Shown piece by piece: positions 1 through 13,264 of a stretch of 50,982 nucleotides of DNA. Made by a program: the position numbers and the translations under genes. The DNA is from Pelomyxa schiedti (lineage: Eukaryota > Protista > Evosea). The notes beneath the pieces were generated by a model. The model ran no database searches, had not been told where the DNA came from, and was given only the letters and a program-made list of their open reading frames with translations. Where the stretch lies: positions 1-50,982 of the forward strand of contig JAHLWZ010000908.1 of NCBI GenBank assembly GCA_020536535.1. The letters are read 5' to 3'. How positions within the stretch are numbered: the stretch's first letter is position 1; each line of letters opens with the position of its first letter.

Positions 1-2
1 TC

Positions 3-206
3 ACATACGACGGAAGATATGAAATACGAGACGTGAACACGCCAGAGAACGTGCTGATGACCGTCGACATCACAGGGTTCAAGTCGGTGGAATGGGAGAC
101 AAACACTGGCCTCATGCTGGCTATGTCAGAAAGAAGAAGGTGGAGGGGGACCACACAGAGAGCGACAACAACAACAAGTCCGACACCATCCAGCACCTTG
201 ACTTGA
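3..206 (+). CDS. Possible 3' end of a gene truncated by the window edge (unknown product)
   Basis: Frame is open from base 3 to TGA 204-206 (TYDGRYEIRDVNTPENVLMTVDITGFKSVEWETNTGLMLAM...) with coding-like composition. No recognisable motif. Confidence 0.3.
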   Translation, partial: TYDGRYEIRDVNTPENVLMTVDITGFKSVEWETNTGLMLAMSERRRWRGTTQRATTTTSPTPSSTLT

Positions 207-360
207 GGGACGTGTAGGACAACAGACCACTGTTTAAGTTGACCTTGACACAACGTACGCCTATACCTGCTTCTTCAAGTGCCCAGAAACCATGGGCACA
301 GTGAATCGCGTGTTTTTGTGGTTCATGGTTTTGTTGGAATAATAAACGTGTTGTTCCATC

Positions 361-2173
361 TTAGTTTTGGTTTGGTTGAGCTGGTGTGGGTTGTTGCTGT
401 GGTTCTGCTGTGGGTGCCTGAACCTGCTGAGAAGTGACGGGGGTATCGGTAACTTGTAGAGTGGTTGTTGTGATGGCGGTGGTTGCTGCTGTAGCTGTTG
501 TTGATGGTGCTGGTGCTGCCGCTTTCTGTTGCTGTCTGTTGTGGTAATTGGTATAGCCCAGTCTGGCTTGTGGGTGGGTACCAGAGGGATAGCCGCGGCC
601 TTGCATTTGGTTCGAGGGGATGGAGTATGCCCTTGCCATTGGGGCAGGGGAGGTAAATTGTCTTGGTTGTCCGTATTGAGTCGGCTGTGCGGTATAGGGT
701 GTGGCAGTGAACCTTGTTAGGTGTTGGTCGTTTAGATAGGTAAACTTCTCATACATTCTTTTAGCCTGCTGGGCGGGATTGGGCCAAAGTTGGTCGGGTC
801 TGCTGGCAGCTGCTTGTGTAGCCCAAGTAGATTGCATTGGCAGTGGAGAATGTGGAGAAGGCGCATTCAAGGGGAGTTGCATGGGCTGCTTAGGTTCGTG
901 ACGAATTGATTCTTTCTGTGGTTTCTTACTTTGATTGTTCTGCATTGAAATAAGTTCTTATACATAACTTGCGGATGAAAGTGTAGTCAATTAATTAGTA
1001 AAGTTGTTATACTTGCGCTTTTTGGGTAGTTTGATCATTTCGTCTGTTTGAAGGAATAAACCTAACTTTTAAGAATATTCGTTACATACGTAATTTTTAT
1101 ATGAACAGCGTTTGAACGCCTGTTTGCAGCAAGAGGTTTAGTCTGCTCTGACGGAATGGTTTGGGGTTCGGTAGGCGTGTTACTTTCAATGACAGAAGAC
1201 TGAGTGGCAGATGTTGAAGGTTGTGACTCTTTTTGTGTCTGTTCTACCTGAGCTCCTATATAAACGCGAATTTACATTTGGCATTAATAATTCAGATAAC
1301 GATACAAGTAACCTTCCGAGGGCTGGTTGTCTGTAGTAGGAACAGTCGTTGCAGAAACTGTTGATACTGTTAGGTGATAGATTTCGTTGAAAGAGGGATC
1401 ATTACTTGCTTGGGCACTTTGACTGGAAGAGGCGCTTCCCTGTTGCTGTGCCTGTGGGCGACTTGTCCGTGAGTTAGCGTGATCTTCATGAGGATATGAT
1501 GCAGACTGAGTGGTGTAGACTGGGTATGGATATGGAAACAGTGGGTATGGATACAATGAAAACCCCAAGTTGTCTGTTGTGTGTTAGAACAAAGGGGGAC
1601 TTCAGTGAGAAACAGGAAAAAACATGGGTCGTCTGGATAAGGGAGCGGAAGCTCGGATTGGGGAAGAGCGTTATCCCTGGCGGCATCTTTTACCATGTGT
1701 TGTTGCGCCTGGGCTTGAGCCTGGGCCTGCACCTGCATCTGCATCTGCATCATGTACTGCTGATAAAGCCACTGCGCCGGGACGGCAGGGTAAGAAGAGT
1801 GTCCTGGAGCGTTCAGATTGGGGTTGGCAGAACGTGGGTGCGAGTACAGGCAGGATGGGTTGTCGCAAATCCCAGTGGCCCTGAATCGCCGACACACATT
1901 AACATCCGCAAGAGTAAGAGGTTTGGGGGGAATTTGAAAAGGCTCCGCCGTCGCCGCACTAGCCGAGAAAGAAGACGTCGGTTTTGTTGCTGTGAAAGCT
2001 GATGTGGGCGTCGGCGGAGCTGCCGCCAATGCCGCTGCTTCGGGGTGTTGGGAAGAGGATGTAATTGGGGTTCCAACAGACGCCTGGGGTGGAACTTCCC
2101 TTTGCGTTGTTTCCGTTGGTTGTTGTGTCTGATGTTCTTCCTCATTGTTGGTGCTGCTGTTGTCGTCTGCCAT
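361..2173 (-). CDS. CCCH zinc-finger protein with Q/P/T-rich low-complexity regions (multi-exon)
   Basis: ATG at 2173. CRRFRATGICDNPSCLYSH fits C-x8-C-x4-C-x3-H. Same-strand ORFs 1284-1568 and 361-945 continue the Q/P-rich sequence, separated by AT-rich intron-like segments. Confidence 0.7.
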
Positions 2174-2595
2174 TCCTGCTGTCTTTGTTTTTGAATCTCA
2201 CACGTGGAAAGAGATCGCTTTCAATTAATTAATACTGGAAATGCAGGATTTTTGTTGCGCGTCGATCGCGATGGGAGGCAGGGGAGTACTGTCACTCGCT
2301 GTGCTTCAGCAATTGTAGATTTGAAAAAATGACAAAACAATTTTTTTCTGTGCAATTCCCAGTCTCTTGTAATGACTGTGAGTGCCAGTGATCCCACATT
2401 CTATGCTGTTCTTCTCCCCGTGTAGATCTGTTGCTTGTGTGCCAAGCAGGGAGCGCTAGCCATCTTGACTTTTCGAAAGGCATTGTAGAAGTTACGCAGA
2501 TTTGAAAAAAGAAAAAACCGAAAGAACGAACCTGAGTTCCGTTTTTACATAAAACAAGAAAAACAAACAAACAAATAAACAGAGGGCGAAGCGAA
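2174..2595. promoter_or_regulatory. Divergent (bidirectional) promoter region between the CCCH and DOCK genes
   Basis: Head-to-head start codons ~420 bp apart. Contains TAGATCT at 2423-2429. Confidence 0.45.
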
Positions 2596-5500
2596 ATGAG
2601 CTCGTCACGAGGCAAGTCGTCTTCATCTCTGACGTCTTCCTCGTCCGGATCTCTAACGTCGTCATCTTCAACGTCAACGTCAACGCCAGCGGCCACGTCG
2701 TCTTCTTCGTCTTCACACCATCACCATCACCACCACGACAAGAACAACGCAGCGCCGTCGGGATCTTCCGCAACAAAATCCAGCTCGCGGTTGGTCGACG
2801 CTGCTCCGGTAATCGAGGACGCGGCCGACGACGGCTCCGATTCGCCGCCGCCATCTACGTCGCCCACTCCTACGCCGCTCTCGTCGGCGACCTCGTCCAC
2901 GTCTTCCTCGTCTTTGTCGTCGCTGTCTTCTTCCTCTATATCGATAACCACGACGCCGTCGCTGTCGGCGTCGGCGCCGCCGGGCGCGGCTGCTGCAGCT
3001 GCAGCGGCCGAACAATCGGGGGTCAAGTGGGACTGGCACTCTTATGAGTCTAAGTTTGAGGCGCAGACTGATCCTTTGTTGATGTTCCCTCCAACTTCGG
3101 TGTCTGTGGCTGAGATTCCCAGGCAAGTGAGAACGGCTGTGTCACCTAGATTGCCGGTATGCTCTTTTCCCTTTATGTACCCTTCATGCTGCTTGTGAGT
3201 CATAAATTCCACAAGCCCGGTGTCAGTATTGAGAATGCGAATACCGCTGCCATTGCAGAAAGCTTAAAGTTGTTCACCAAGTCTTGGACCTATGTGCAAC
3301 AAATCAGTGCAGGTCACACCATCGTTTTATGTTTGAATTGATTTAGTTTTCTAAAGAAGCCCCACCTCCAACCAAAACGGAAGAGTTGCCAAATCTCGAT
3401 TATGAACAAGATTGGCCAAAACAAGCACCTGAAAAGATGTCTTCTGACCCAAGTGTCTCTATGGAACCCTCATTATTGAGAGACCCAATATCACTTTTGG
3501 AATTGCCCGTGTGCTACATTTTTCTCCCACATTCACATCATCAACATAAAACCCCAATTTTAGAGTGAAGGACCCCGACAAAAACTTTTCCATATTTATC
3601 CAATGAGTAAGATGCCCATATACCCATCCTATGAACACTCTGGAACCCCCCAATTCTCTCAAAGGTCCTCCCCACTTTCTTGGGGTGTAAAGTGACTAGG
3701 AAACAGGGGGATGAGAATCTCTGTTGAATGTAAGCAACTGAAGTTAGATCATAACCCTGCTGGAGCTCCCGAGTTCGAACCATTCTTTGTCAACCTATGT
3801 TTGTTCGATATGCTCAAGAAAGAGAAAATATCTGAAAATTTTTCATGTGATTTTCCTGCCCAGGGGGCCAAGCCTGTATGCCTGACTGTGTTTGTTTCTG
3901 TTAACTGTAGTGCGCAGACCCCTGATATCTTGCGTATAAAAACCGCAATTTTCCATGTGGACAAGCAACCCACTCCTCCTATTCATGTATACCTTGTTGT
4001 AGAGGTACTGAAGGTTTTACGTGGAGATTATGATGAAGCAACTGAACCCTACTGCAAGGCGGTAAGCTCTCTTTTTTCTTTATTTCTTTGTTTCTTCTAC
4101 TTTTTAAAAAAAAACTGTAGATGGCACCAAAGGAGGTTCCGAAATTTGTGACATCCACAGCTGATACCTTGAAAAATCTGGCTCCATGGAGACAAGGTCA
4201 ACCTCACTCCTTAATTTCTTGTTCATGACATTCAAATATCTGTACCCAGTTTTTGCTTGGGGAGCAGTTGCCCTAGACCCAACTAAGGCCGAACTACAAA
4301 TACCTCTAGTTCGATGCAATTCTGATCTGGCTGGTTTATTACCCAAACTTGGGATTGAAAAGGAAGCCAAGGTTTTTGTAAAATACTCTTGAACTTTCAG
4401 CTGACTCAATCGTCTTAAGCGTCTGAAAGTTATCCCAGGCCACCTCCTTGTTGGACTGACTGTAAATCCTGAGATAACCCTTGCAAATCCCTGCTTAGAT
4501 CCCACTTTCTTGCCTCTTGCTCCCTTCCCCAATGCTACCTCCGACCTACAAGTAACCAACACCACGAAGTACTTGTACTGATGCCCTTCATTTACAGTGT
4601 GCTCACACCCGGGAAGTTCTGGATTTCCCTCAGCACGAATACTCTGCCTTACCTCACTTGGACTATTACAATCTACTATATTTCACACCTGACTCGCTTA
4701 ACTTCACCAACTACAAGGGTGAAAGTAGTGGTCGAAATATATGTATAACTGTAAAGCTTTGCGATACAGATACTGTACCAGATCCTGATGGGCTTCCGGT
4801 TGAGTCTTAATTTTCAACCCCACCCCCCGCCAACCTTAGAGCAGGTCATATATGGAGACAGTTCTTCACCATCCATGGTAACAAAATCTTGTGTAACTGT
4901 GGTGTACCACAACAAGAGGCCGAAATATTCGCTCTTCGACGAAATTAAAATTCAACTGCCCCTTAAGCTTACTCCCCAGCACCACTTATTGGTACCTCCG
5001 TCAACTTGAGTCTTGTGTATTCACTGAAGCTAGGTCACGTTTTCCCATATTAACTGCAAAGTGAGTAAAAAGAAATCCTCGGAGGCAATTGAAACACCTT
5101 TGGGGCACTGTGTTATTCCTCTGGTGAGCTCTTCAGGAGAGTATGAGATATACCTTGCCTCTACCAATTCTTTAAACCTCTCGCTGCAGGTTTCTGAAAC
5201 TTGAACCAAAAAGCCAACGTCCTGTGATTCAGCACCCTTTAGTTAATGGCTATCTCACTGCCATGAACGAGCCTGTCAATCCCCATAGCGCAACACCACC
5301 CCAAATAAAATGGATTGATACGGGCAAAGCAGTGTTCACCTATAAGCTGACTCTTGTATCTTCTGTCATACCTAAAGACCCGGCTCTCTCAAGATTATTC
5401 CAACTGACAATTCCAAAGAGTGCTTCTATTGACATTTCGGTAACCAAGCTACATTTCACGCCATTCCTCATAGAAATACAGTTTACAAAAATGGATGAGT

Positions 5501-8500
5501 CTATTGTTGGCTCAGTGGTTGGTGCTAACGCAAACTCTGAAACCGACTTGCATGTAGAAAAATATATCAAAATTCAGTCAAACCGTGGGTTTAGGTATTA
5601 CAAGCACTGGCACATGTACCTGAAAATGAAAAAGTCAAATTCTTCCCCCTTATCGTACGAAAATTACTACAATTGATGAGGCACTCCAACACTACTTTGG
5701 CATACGAAAGTTTCAAGCAGCTTGTTGGAACCATTGAAAGGTATCACCACCGTTTCTAGGCCTGAATAACTTCAAACTTGCAGTGTTAAATCTGACTTGC
5801 TGAGGCAAGAAAATCCAGACCCTGTCTTAGAGACATACATTGATTATATGTACGATCTGGATTCCTCAGAACCCCCAAACCACGAGATTTTAGTGAAGTA
5901 CTGGACACAAGCCCTTAATGATGTACTCACTACTGCCTTACCATTCTTTTCTTTAATTGGTATGCAGCCAACGGAGCAGGTCAAATCTTGCACATATTCG
6001 TGGTTCCTTTTTGCTTTGATTTTCAAGGACATGACACTTTTCTTGAATAATAAAAACGTACTTGGTGTGCCTTCCAGTCACACTAAGATTACTGATGCCA
6101 GACCTAGATTCCAACGAAATTGCCCGCAGCAATAGATTAAATCCTGAGTTTGAACCTGATTTGCGGGAATTCTTGCGGTCTGTTGGTTTTTGCCTGAATG
6201 TCTTCAAAAAAACGCAACTTGCACTTGCCCGTTCTCTCAACAAAGATGCCTCCTTTTTCTTGGAGAGACTATTCAGTATCATTGACCGTGGCTGGATTTT
6301 TAGTATGGTGTGTTAAGTACTTTCTAATTAAACTTTGACAGTATTTAAGGTACAAACATACATATACAGTCTCAATGCTGGAGTACCAGAACTAGCAGAG
6401 CTTAAATGGGTTTCACTTCGTATAATATGTCATACGGAACACTTTATACCTCTCAATTTACCAGAAGACACCACCCTGAACACAGTCAGTGATATTAGAG
6501 AAACATTCTTGTACTGCACCTTACATCTCTACCCGGTCTTACTTTTCTTTAGCCACAAACACTTTCTTGTTGGTCTTGTGATTTATGAGCTCCAGTTGGC
6601 TTTTAAAGCAAGTCCTGAGTACATCCGATTGCAGGTCTAATTTAGTTTTTCCTTTTTACTTTTCACCTTTGGCCTCAGGCCATAGAACTTCTCCGGGACC
6701 TGCTATTTAAACATGACCATGACGCAAGATATCAAAAACCTGAGCAACGGAGAAAAATAGCTTTGATTTACTTCCCCTATGTGTTATTTGTACCGCCTCA
6801 ACCCCATTATTTACTTGAAATTTCTTTGAAGAATAACCCTTGTGCAGGTACTGGAGAATTTCATGGAAAATTATGTTGAAGGTAATAAAGTTATTGCCTT
6901 TAAAAAGAATGACGCGAGGTTGTTGATGATATGTCTTCTTTATATCCTAAAGGGTAACTTCGACTTTTTTTTTTTTTTGCATTTTTTCATTCCCCAATAG
7001 ATCTGGACATGGCTATATTGAGCCAATGGTGGAAGAAAGAAAACATGCGGAAAGTAAACAAACTCTTCAAGATATTATTACTCTGTGTTGATCTGGTACA
7101 TATATTGTGAATAAGTTCATCATAACTGTCTGCAGTTTTCATACCCTGGCAAGGCAAAATCACTAGAATTTGTTGAGAAAGCTGCTCCAGTCAAGGAAGA
7201 GACCCCAGTTTTAAAAGATTCCACGTCTACTTTGGCCTTATCTGCAAATATGTCATCAAGCTCAATTTCTGGATTACCTCCTCCACCTTCTAGTGCCGCC
7301 CCTGTTCCAGCGCATAAAGGTGCCTTCTCTACCAGTTTTCATCTCAACCCACCTTGTTTACTCTAAGATGGCCTACGAAATTTTTCCCGTGCGCGGAAAG
7401 AAAGTGCCCACCTGACGGGATTTAGCCCCGACGAAGCAAAAGTATCACAACTAACATATCCTCAACAGTTTCCCACTATTTAACAGATGGCAATTGAGCA
7501 GCGTTACAGTGGCACAAGCAGGTTTTCCACTTCTATTTTTCTTATCCTTTACTCTTCATAGAGGTCATGGAGACACAAGAAAGAAATTTGTGGCAACAGA
7601 AATAGTGCAAACCCAACCAACACTTAGCTATACTCCCGAAACAATTTCACCCCTGGTTTGCAATCCTCCCTTTACTGATGGCTAATTTCCTCAGTGGCAA
7701 CATTTGAGCCATGAATGCAACCATATATGCTTGAAAGTGCTTCTGCGTTATCTCACCGATATCTCCACCAACCTTGATAACTCTGACGAGTCTGCCATGA
7801 GTACCTTCTACACAGTATTTGAGGTCTGATTAAAGTTTCCCCAGGCAATCTGACAAACAATGATTTCAGGTTTTGGTGGCACTGTTCAGTAAATCCAGCA
7901 GCCAAGAACTTCTGTCTTTTATGATTATAGTTGTTCATTCCTTAATAGTCATTTACAAACCTGCCATTTTCAGGTAATTCAACCTTTTTCCGATCTCATG
8001 TCCCAATGTTCCCTAGAGCGCGAAACATGATCTGCGGCAATCTTACGAGAAAGTTACTGGATCATTGCAACTCACAAAATGTGAAAATGCGCATCAAGGC
8101 TGCTTCCCTTCTTCACAACATGATAATGGTATTTGCTTTTTTTCCCTATCACCCAATGTGCTCATTCTGTGTTGATAAGGAAAATTTCAATGAAGTCGGC
8201 AATATTTCCAGAATGAAACTTCAGTGTATTATAGGCATTTCTCAAATGGTTGGTGATTCGGGCCAAGACTTTGAAAGACTACAAAATACACTGACAACAA
8301 TCGAAGCAGCCTTCAAAGCCAAACAAACAGTATTTTCAGCGCAGCAACAAAAGAAGTTCTACAACGCACACGTTGCTCGGATAATGCAAGAGAGGGAGGA
8401 TCAAGTAATCAAAGAGAGGCTGGGTAAATACAAGGCAGAATTGCAAAAAACCAAAACGGGAGGGTTCAAGACAGGAAACCAGGCTGAACTTGAGGCTAGA

Positions 8501-10720
8501 AAGAAGATTCACGAAGAAGTCATTGCCATGGTTGAAAAGGAGGCAAAGGATAAAGTTGTAAAGGATGGTGCAAGTCCTTTGCCCATGCTAAATGCGGAAA
8601 TGGTTTGTCCTCAGCTGATTTTTTCTTTTTCCAAACTCTAACAGGCTCAACTTAAAACTCGCTTGTTTGGAATAATTGCTGACAGCCTCAAAATGAGGGA
8701 ATGTGCTTTTGATCCAGAAATGACCAGTATTAATTTCCATGATATTTTTAGTTTTAATCACTTTATCTAGGTGAGTTATACTACAAATTATCTGTGGGAT
8801 TTCAGGACTCTCCCGACTTGCGTGTTACATGGCTAAACACACTTGCCAAGCAGCATCAGGAGGTGTTATTCAAATTTCAGTAAAATTATCGTAACTCCAA
8901 ACAGCTTGGTAACAAGGAGGAGTATGCTCAGACTAAGGTTTTAACTGCTGCTTTAGCTGCTGCATATTTGTACAAACTAGGAAAATTCCCTGTGGTACAA
9001 CGATCGGAGTTTTTCCTACCTTTAACAACCATGATCAAAAGGAACTTTCCAATCGCGACATCACTAGAGTGTTCCCCATGTGGACCCAAGAGAATAGCCT
9101 CCCTCCTATCGATATGCTTAATTCTGTGGTTTGTGCAGCAGCTTGTGGTTGTTTTACTCTCACATTATGTAGAAAGAGGACATTTGTCTTGGTAGTGAGT
9201 TTACCTTAGATGGGTGGGAACGTAAGCTTCTTCCTTCCGCTGCCACATAGTCACATTAATGCTAGAACTCCTACATGATGCTGTCTCCACTCTTGGGGAG
9301 GCAAAGCTTTATGAGCAATCTGTTGAGACCTACCAGCTTCTACTGGAAGTCTATCGCCATTTCAAAGATTTTGTAAAGCAAAGTATGGTCTATAAAAAAC
9401 TACACACTATTTGCGATCAAGTCATTGAGGACGTATGAGACCCTCAGGGCAGCGTTTGTCATTAACACAGTTGTAGTGCGGTAATACCTCTCGTGTTATG
9501 CCAAATTATTACCGAGTTGCATTTTACGGCGAGGCATTTGGGCCAGAGCTACACGGAAAAGAGTTCGTTTACAAAGAGTCCTGCTTTGTCAGGCTCCCTG
9601 AAGTGTCAAAGAGACTAATAGTAAGCATCCTGAATCTTGTTTCATCTTCCCACTGAAACTTCTAGGCCCAATACACCACCGAGTCAAGGTCCATCGAATT
9701 TATTCCGAACACTAAAGAAGTGGTTATGTCGGAGCTCGATAAGGTCTTTATAACCAAATTGTCCACCTTAAATTCATATTACCCAAGAGTAAATGTTACA
9801 TCCAACTTGCTGCTTTGGCTCCATATTGGCCTTCAGAAAAGAAGGTGAAAATGCCGTTACTGGAACAGCACTTCAACCTTTGTAACTCTTCCACCTTCAC
9901 AAACAGCGATAGCGTACTAAAATCCTCGCAGCGCAGTTTCTTATGGAAATGCCGTTCACTGAAGGAGGTAAGGCACACAGTCCACATCTTGACGAACAGT
10001 GGAAAAAGAAGGTCATTTACACTGTAAAGGGATCTTTTCCCTACGTTCTTAAAAGACTTCCAATCGTGTCTCGCGAGGAGGTTCACCTCTCATTTCCAGA
10101 CTCTTGCTCACAGTGCATAGCAAAAAATTCCTCCCATTCTCAACTCTCTGGAAGCCATACAAGATAAATCATCTGCCCTAAAGCGGGAATATGAGAGCAA
10201 GTATCCAAATGCCAAGACACTCCAGATAAATCTGAACGGCTCCTTACTTGCTTGTGCGTTCTCAACCTGTTTTTGTTGCGAAACAGCACTTCTTCACACG
10301 CTAAACCTGCCACAGTTGTCAATGCGGGACCACTTGAAATTGCCAAGGTCTTCTTGAACAAGGAAGGCAGTGCACCCAAAGGCTCTCAAGAGCACGTAGA
10401 AATGCTAGAGAAAGAGATGCTTGAATTCACAAGTAATGACGCCAATACGATAAACCCAACTCACCAACCATTGTATTCCAGAGAACCTGCAACAGGCACT
10501 GAACTTAAACGAGTCCCTCATCAGCCAGGACCAGAGGCCACTCCAGGAGGAACTCAAAAAGGCCTTCACCATATTCGAAGAAACCGTCAACTCCCTCGTC
10601 ACAACTTCAAGAGCCATTCGCGAACAACCGCCTGCGGCCGCCACAGACGCACCAACCGACACACCCTCATCTGCTCAGACATCCACAGCAACATCCACCG
10701 CGGCAGACTCTTCCTCCTGA
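2596..10720 (+). CDS. DOCK-C/D (zizimin-type) Rac/Cdc42 guanine-nucleotide exchange factor, many introns
   Basis: DHR-1/C2 motif FDEIKIQLPLKLTPQHHLL|VTFSHINCK (~4935-5060). DHR-2 motifs SPDLRVTWLNTLA (~8810), YYRVAFYGEAFG..GKEFVYKE (~9505-9580), FPYVLKRLPIV, and the nucleotide-sensor VNAGPLEIAKVFL (~10318). Stop TGA 10718-10720. Confidence 0.93.
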
Positions 10721-10837
10721 GAGAACAACAAAATTTTTTTACTTGTAGAAAGGTCTTTCGTCTTTCCGTTTCTCTCACAAAATGATTCTTATGGGAAAAC
10801 CGATCGCACCCGATCGCCCAGCGAGCGTGCGCGGGAA

Positions 10838-13122
10838 ATGACGCAGCCAGTGCAACTGCGACATAATGTGGCTCCCACAATCAACAAAGGAGACGCCTTC
10901 TGGGGCAGGGGCAGCGACGAAGCGGCCGACAAGAGGTCCCATGCCAAGTACGTCGTCCAGGTGTCGCGGGTCATGTGGGACCACGTGTTCGTGCCGATAC
11001 TGGAGTACAACGAGACGCACCACCACAGCGTCGGGAGGAAGACGGCGGCGTGGATGATGACGGCAGCCGAGGCGATGTTCCCGCTGGTGCCGAGGATATG
11101 CCGCGCCGTGGCGGAGAGCAGGGCGGCGGTCATGGAGAAGTACTACAACTACCACTGGTCGTTCCCGCTGCCGCGGACGTCGCGCTACTTCCCGCTGCTG
11201 TGCGCGGGGCAGGCTGGTAGCAGCCGCTGCGTGGATTGGATGCTATCCCGAATGCACACGAGGAACAACAGGAAGGAATGCGTTACGGTGCTCAAGGGGC
11301 TGTGTTCTGGTATGCATTTCTATGCTAATAGATAACCAAGTTTTTTTTTTTTTTTTTTTTTTTTTCCCAACTGTTTAGGATGGGGGCAGAGGAATGAATG
11401 GGGGCTAATTTTGTGGAATAAAATAAATAGGGGGGCATCTTGGGATGGCACAGAAGCTGATTGAGAGTGATACGGCATGGAGGGGAGGGACACTGAGATG
11501 GCCTGTGAATGAAGAGTGGCTGGTGGACGATCTCAGGGAGCAGACGAATTGTTCCGGAAGCTTGTTGTTTGAAGCGTGTAAGGGAGGCCACCTCGATGTA
11601 GTGAAGTGGGTAATGGAGCGGCTTGGCGTCGGGAGAGAAAGCTGGGAGCTGGTGCAGCCGTTTATTGCTGCTGTGAGGCGGGGCCATGCTGAGGTTGTGA
11701 AATGGATGGCAGCTTCTACAGCCGTCGTGGGTACCTGCAAGATATTGTCTAAGAACTCTGAGTGGACTTTTGATATTTTCATCAAAAGTCAAAATCTAGA
11801 GGTTGTGAAGCTTTGCACCGAGTGGTTTTGTGGACCAACAGCCGATATAGCAAAGCGAGGACATGCAATTCTCGGTGAATTCATTTGTCGCTGTCCACTG
11901 AGCGGTGGAGAATTCGAAGAAGGTTGCCAGTGGATCAAAGAAAGGTACTCCGTGCAAAACCTGAAGAGGGTCAAAAACGTAAAGGGATTCCAGTGGGTGT
12001 TCAGCAATTATACTGTCAACCCAACACAAAGTGATGTGGCCAAAGTATGCAAGCACTGTGCTGACCCTGAATTCGTTCAGCACATGCTGGCAAAATTCAC
12101 TTACCTCAGGCCAGTTACCCCTGACACGTTTATCAAGGCATGTGGAAACAAACACGGTCGCCTGGAAGTAGTGCAATGCTTGTTGCCTATATTGCCACCT
12201 CTCACAGTGGATCACCTTCAACAGAGCTTTGAATTGGCTCTTACAGCAAGCAACATGGCAATTGCGGAGTGGTTGGACAACACGTTCCATGTGATGGAGC
12301 GTTTTAGTGCCATTCCGGGTAAGACAGAGTCACTTCTGATAGGCATTTGCACGGGCCACTGCCTTGACAGTCCTTCTGTTATTCAATGGTTCCTTTCACG
12401 CTCCAGTATTTGCAATATCAGCGAAGGGGCAGTGATTAAAGCCATTGGAAACAGCCTAGATGACACCTGCCTCCGTGTTCCACTGTTTTTATTTGATATG
12501 TTCAATATTACACTTGACACTTCAAGGCTTGTGGAACAGGTTCTGGCATGGGGGGAACTTGAACAATGCAAGCATCTTGTCTCACGAGGTGGTTTCTCCT
12601 CCTCAGACTTTGCTAGGGCGATGTCACAGAGTATGCTGATACAGTCCGGGAAAGTTGTAAAGTGGCTGGTCAAGAATTTTCACTTCAGTGAAGAGCAAGT
12701 CAAGTTGAACCACAATCATTTGCTGCTTGTAATGATAGGAAGGAAAAAGAAAAGCTGTGCTGAATGGCTGATTCGAAAATTCCATGTGACCTTGGATGAG
12801 GTACGTGATTTATATTTTCCTTTCCTTTCCTTCCCTAATGTACACAAAGTTGGCCGCAGCCTTAGATGCTGAAGCAAATTGCATTGGGGGTGGAGTGTAC
12901 ACCCCGGACGTTGCCACCTTCAAAATGCTACTGCGTGTATACCCACAGATTACCCCGGAATTCGTCAAGGCCCACTTCCGGGTTGTAATGGAGACCGCAC
13001 CAATTATCGCGCAGGTCATTATGCGGCTGAAGGGACTCAAGAAGGATGACATTTTTAACAAACACACAGTTTGTTGGAGAACTTACTCCTGGGAGGTTTG
13101 CTTGTGGATCACTCAAAGGTAA
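10838..13122 (+). CDS. Degenerate ankyrin-repeat-like protein (probably a lineage-expanded family)
   Basis: Repeated ankyrin-like helices: LCSG|GHLGMAQKL (intron 11310-11430), ACKGGHLDVVKWV, AVRRGHAEVVKWM, ALTASNMAIAEWL. Second intron starts ~12801. Stop at 13122. Confidence 0.75.
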
Positions 13123-13264
13123 ACATAAGCCCCAGACGAGGACTTTGCGAAGTTCTGCTAACAGCAAAACAAGCAACTTTTTTGATAAATTTCCCAGACA
13201 GCATCTGTTTAAGAGATAGAATCTGATAAACAGCGGTTTTTCTTCTACCGTTGTTTCGAAATTG

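Noticed and set aside
11341-11365. Long poly-T/poly-A runs (also ~36707 and ~40439) as retroelement tails
   Set aside because: They lie within introns, with no target-site duplications or element body.
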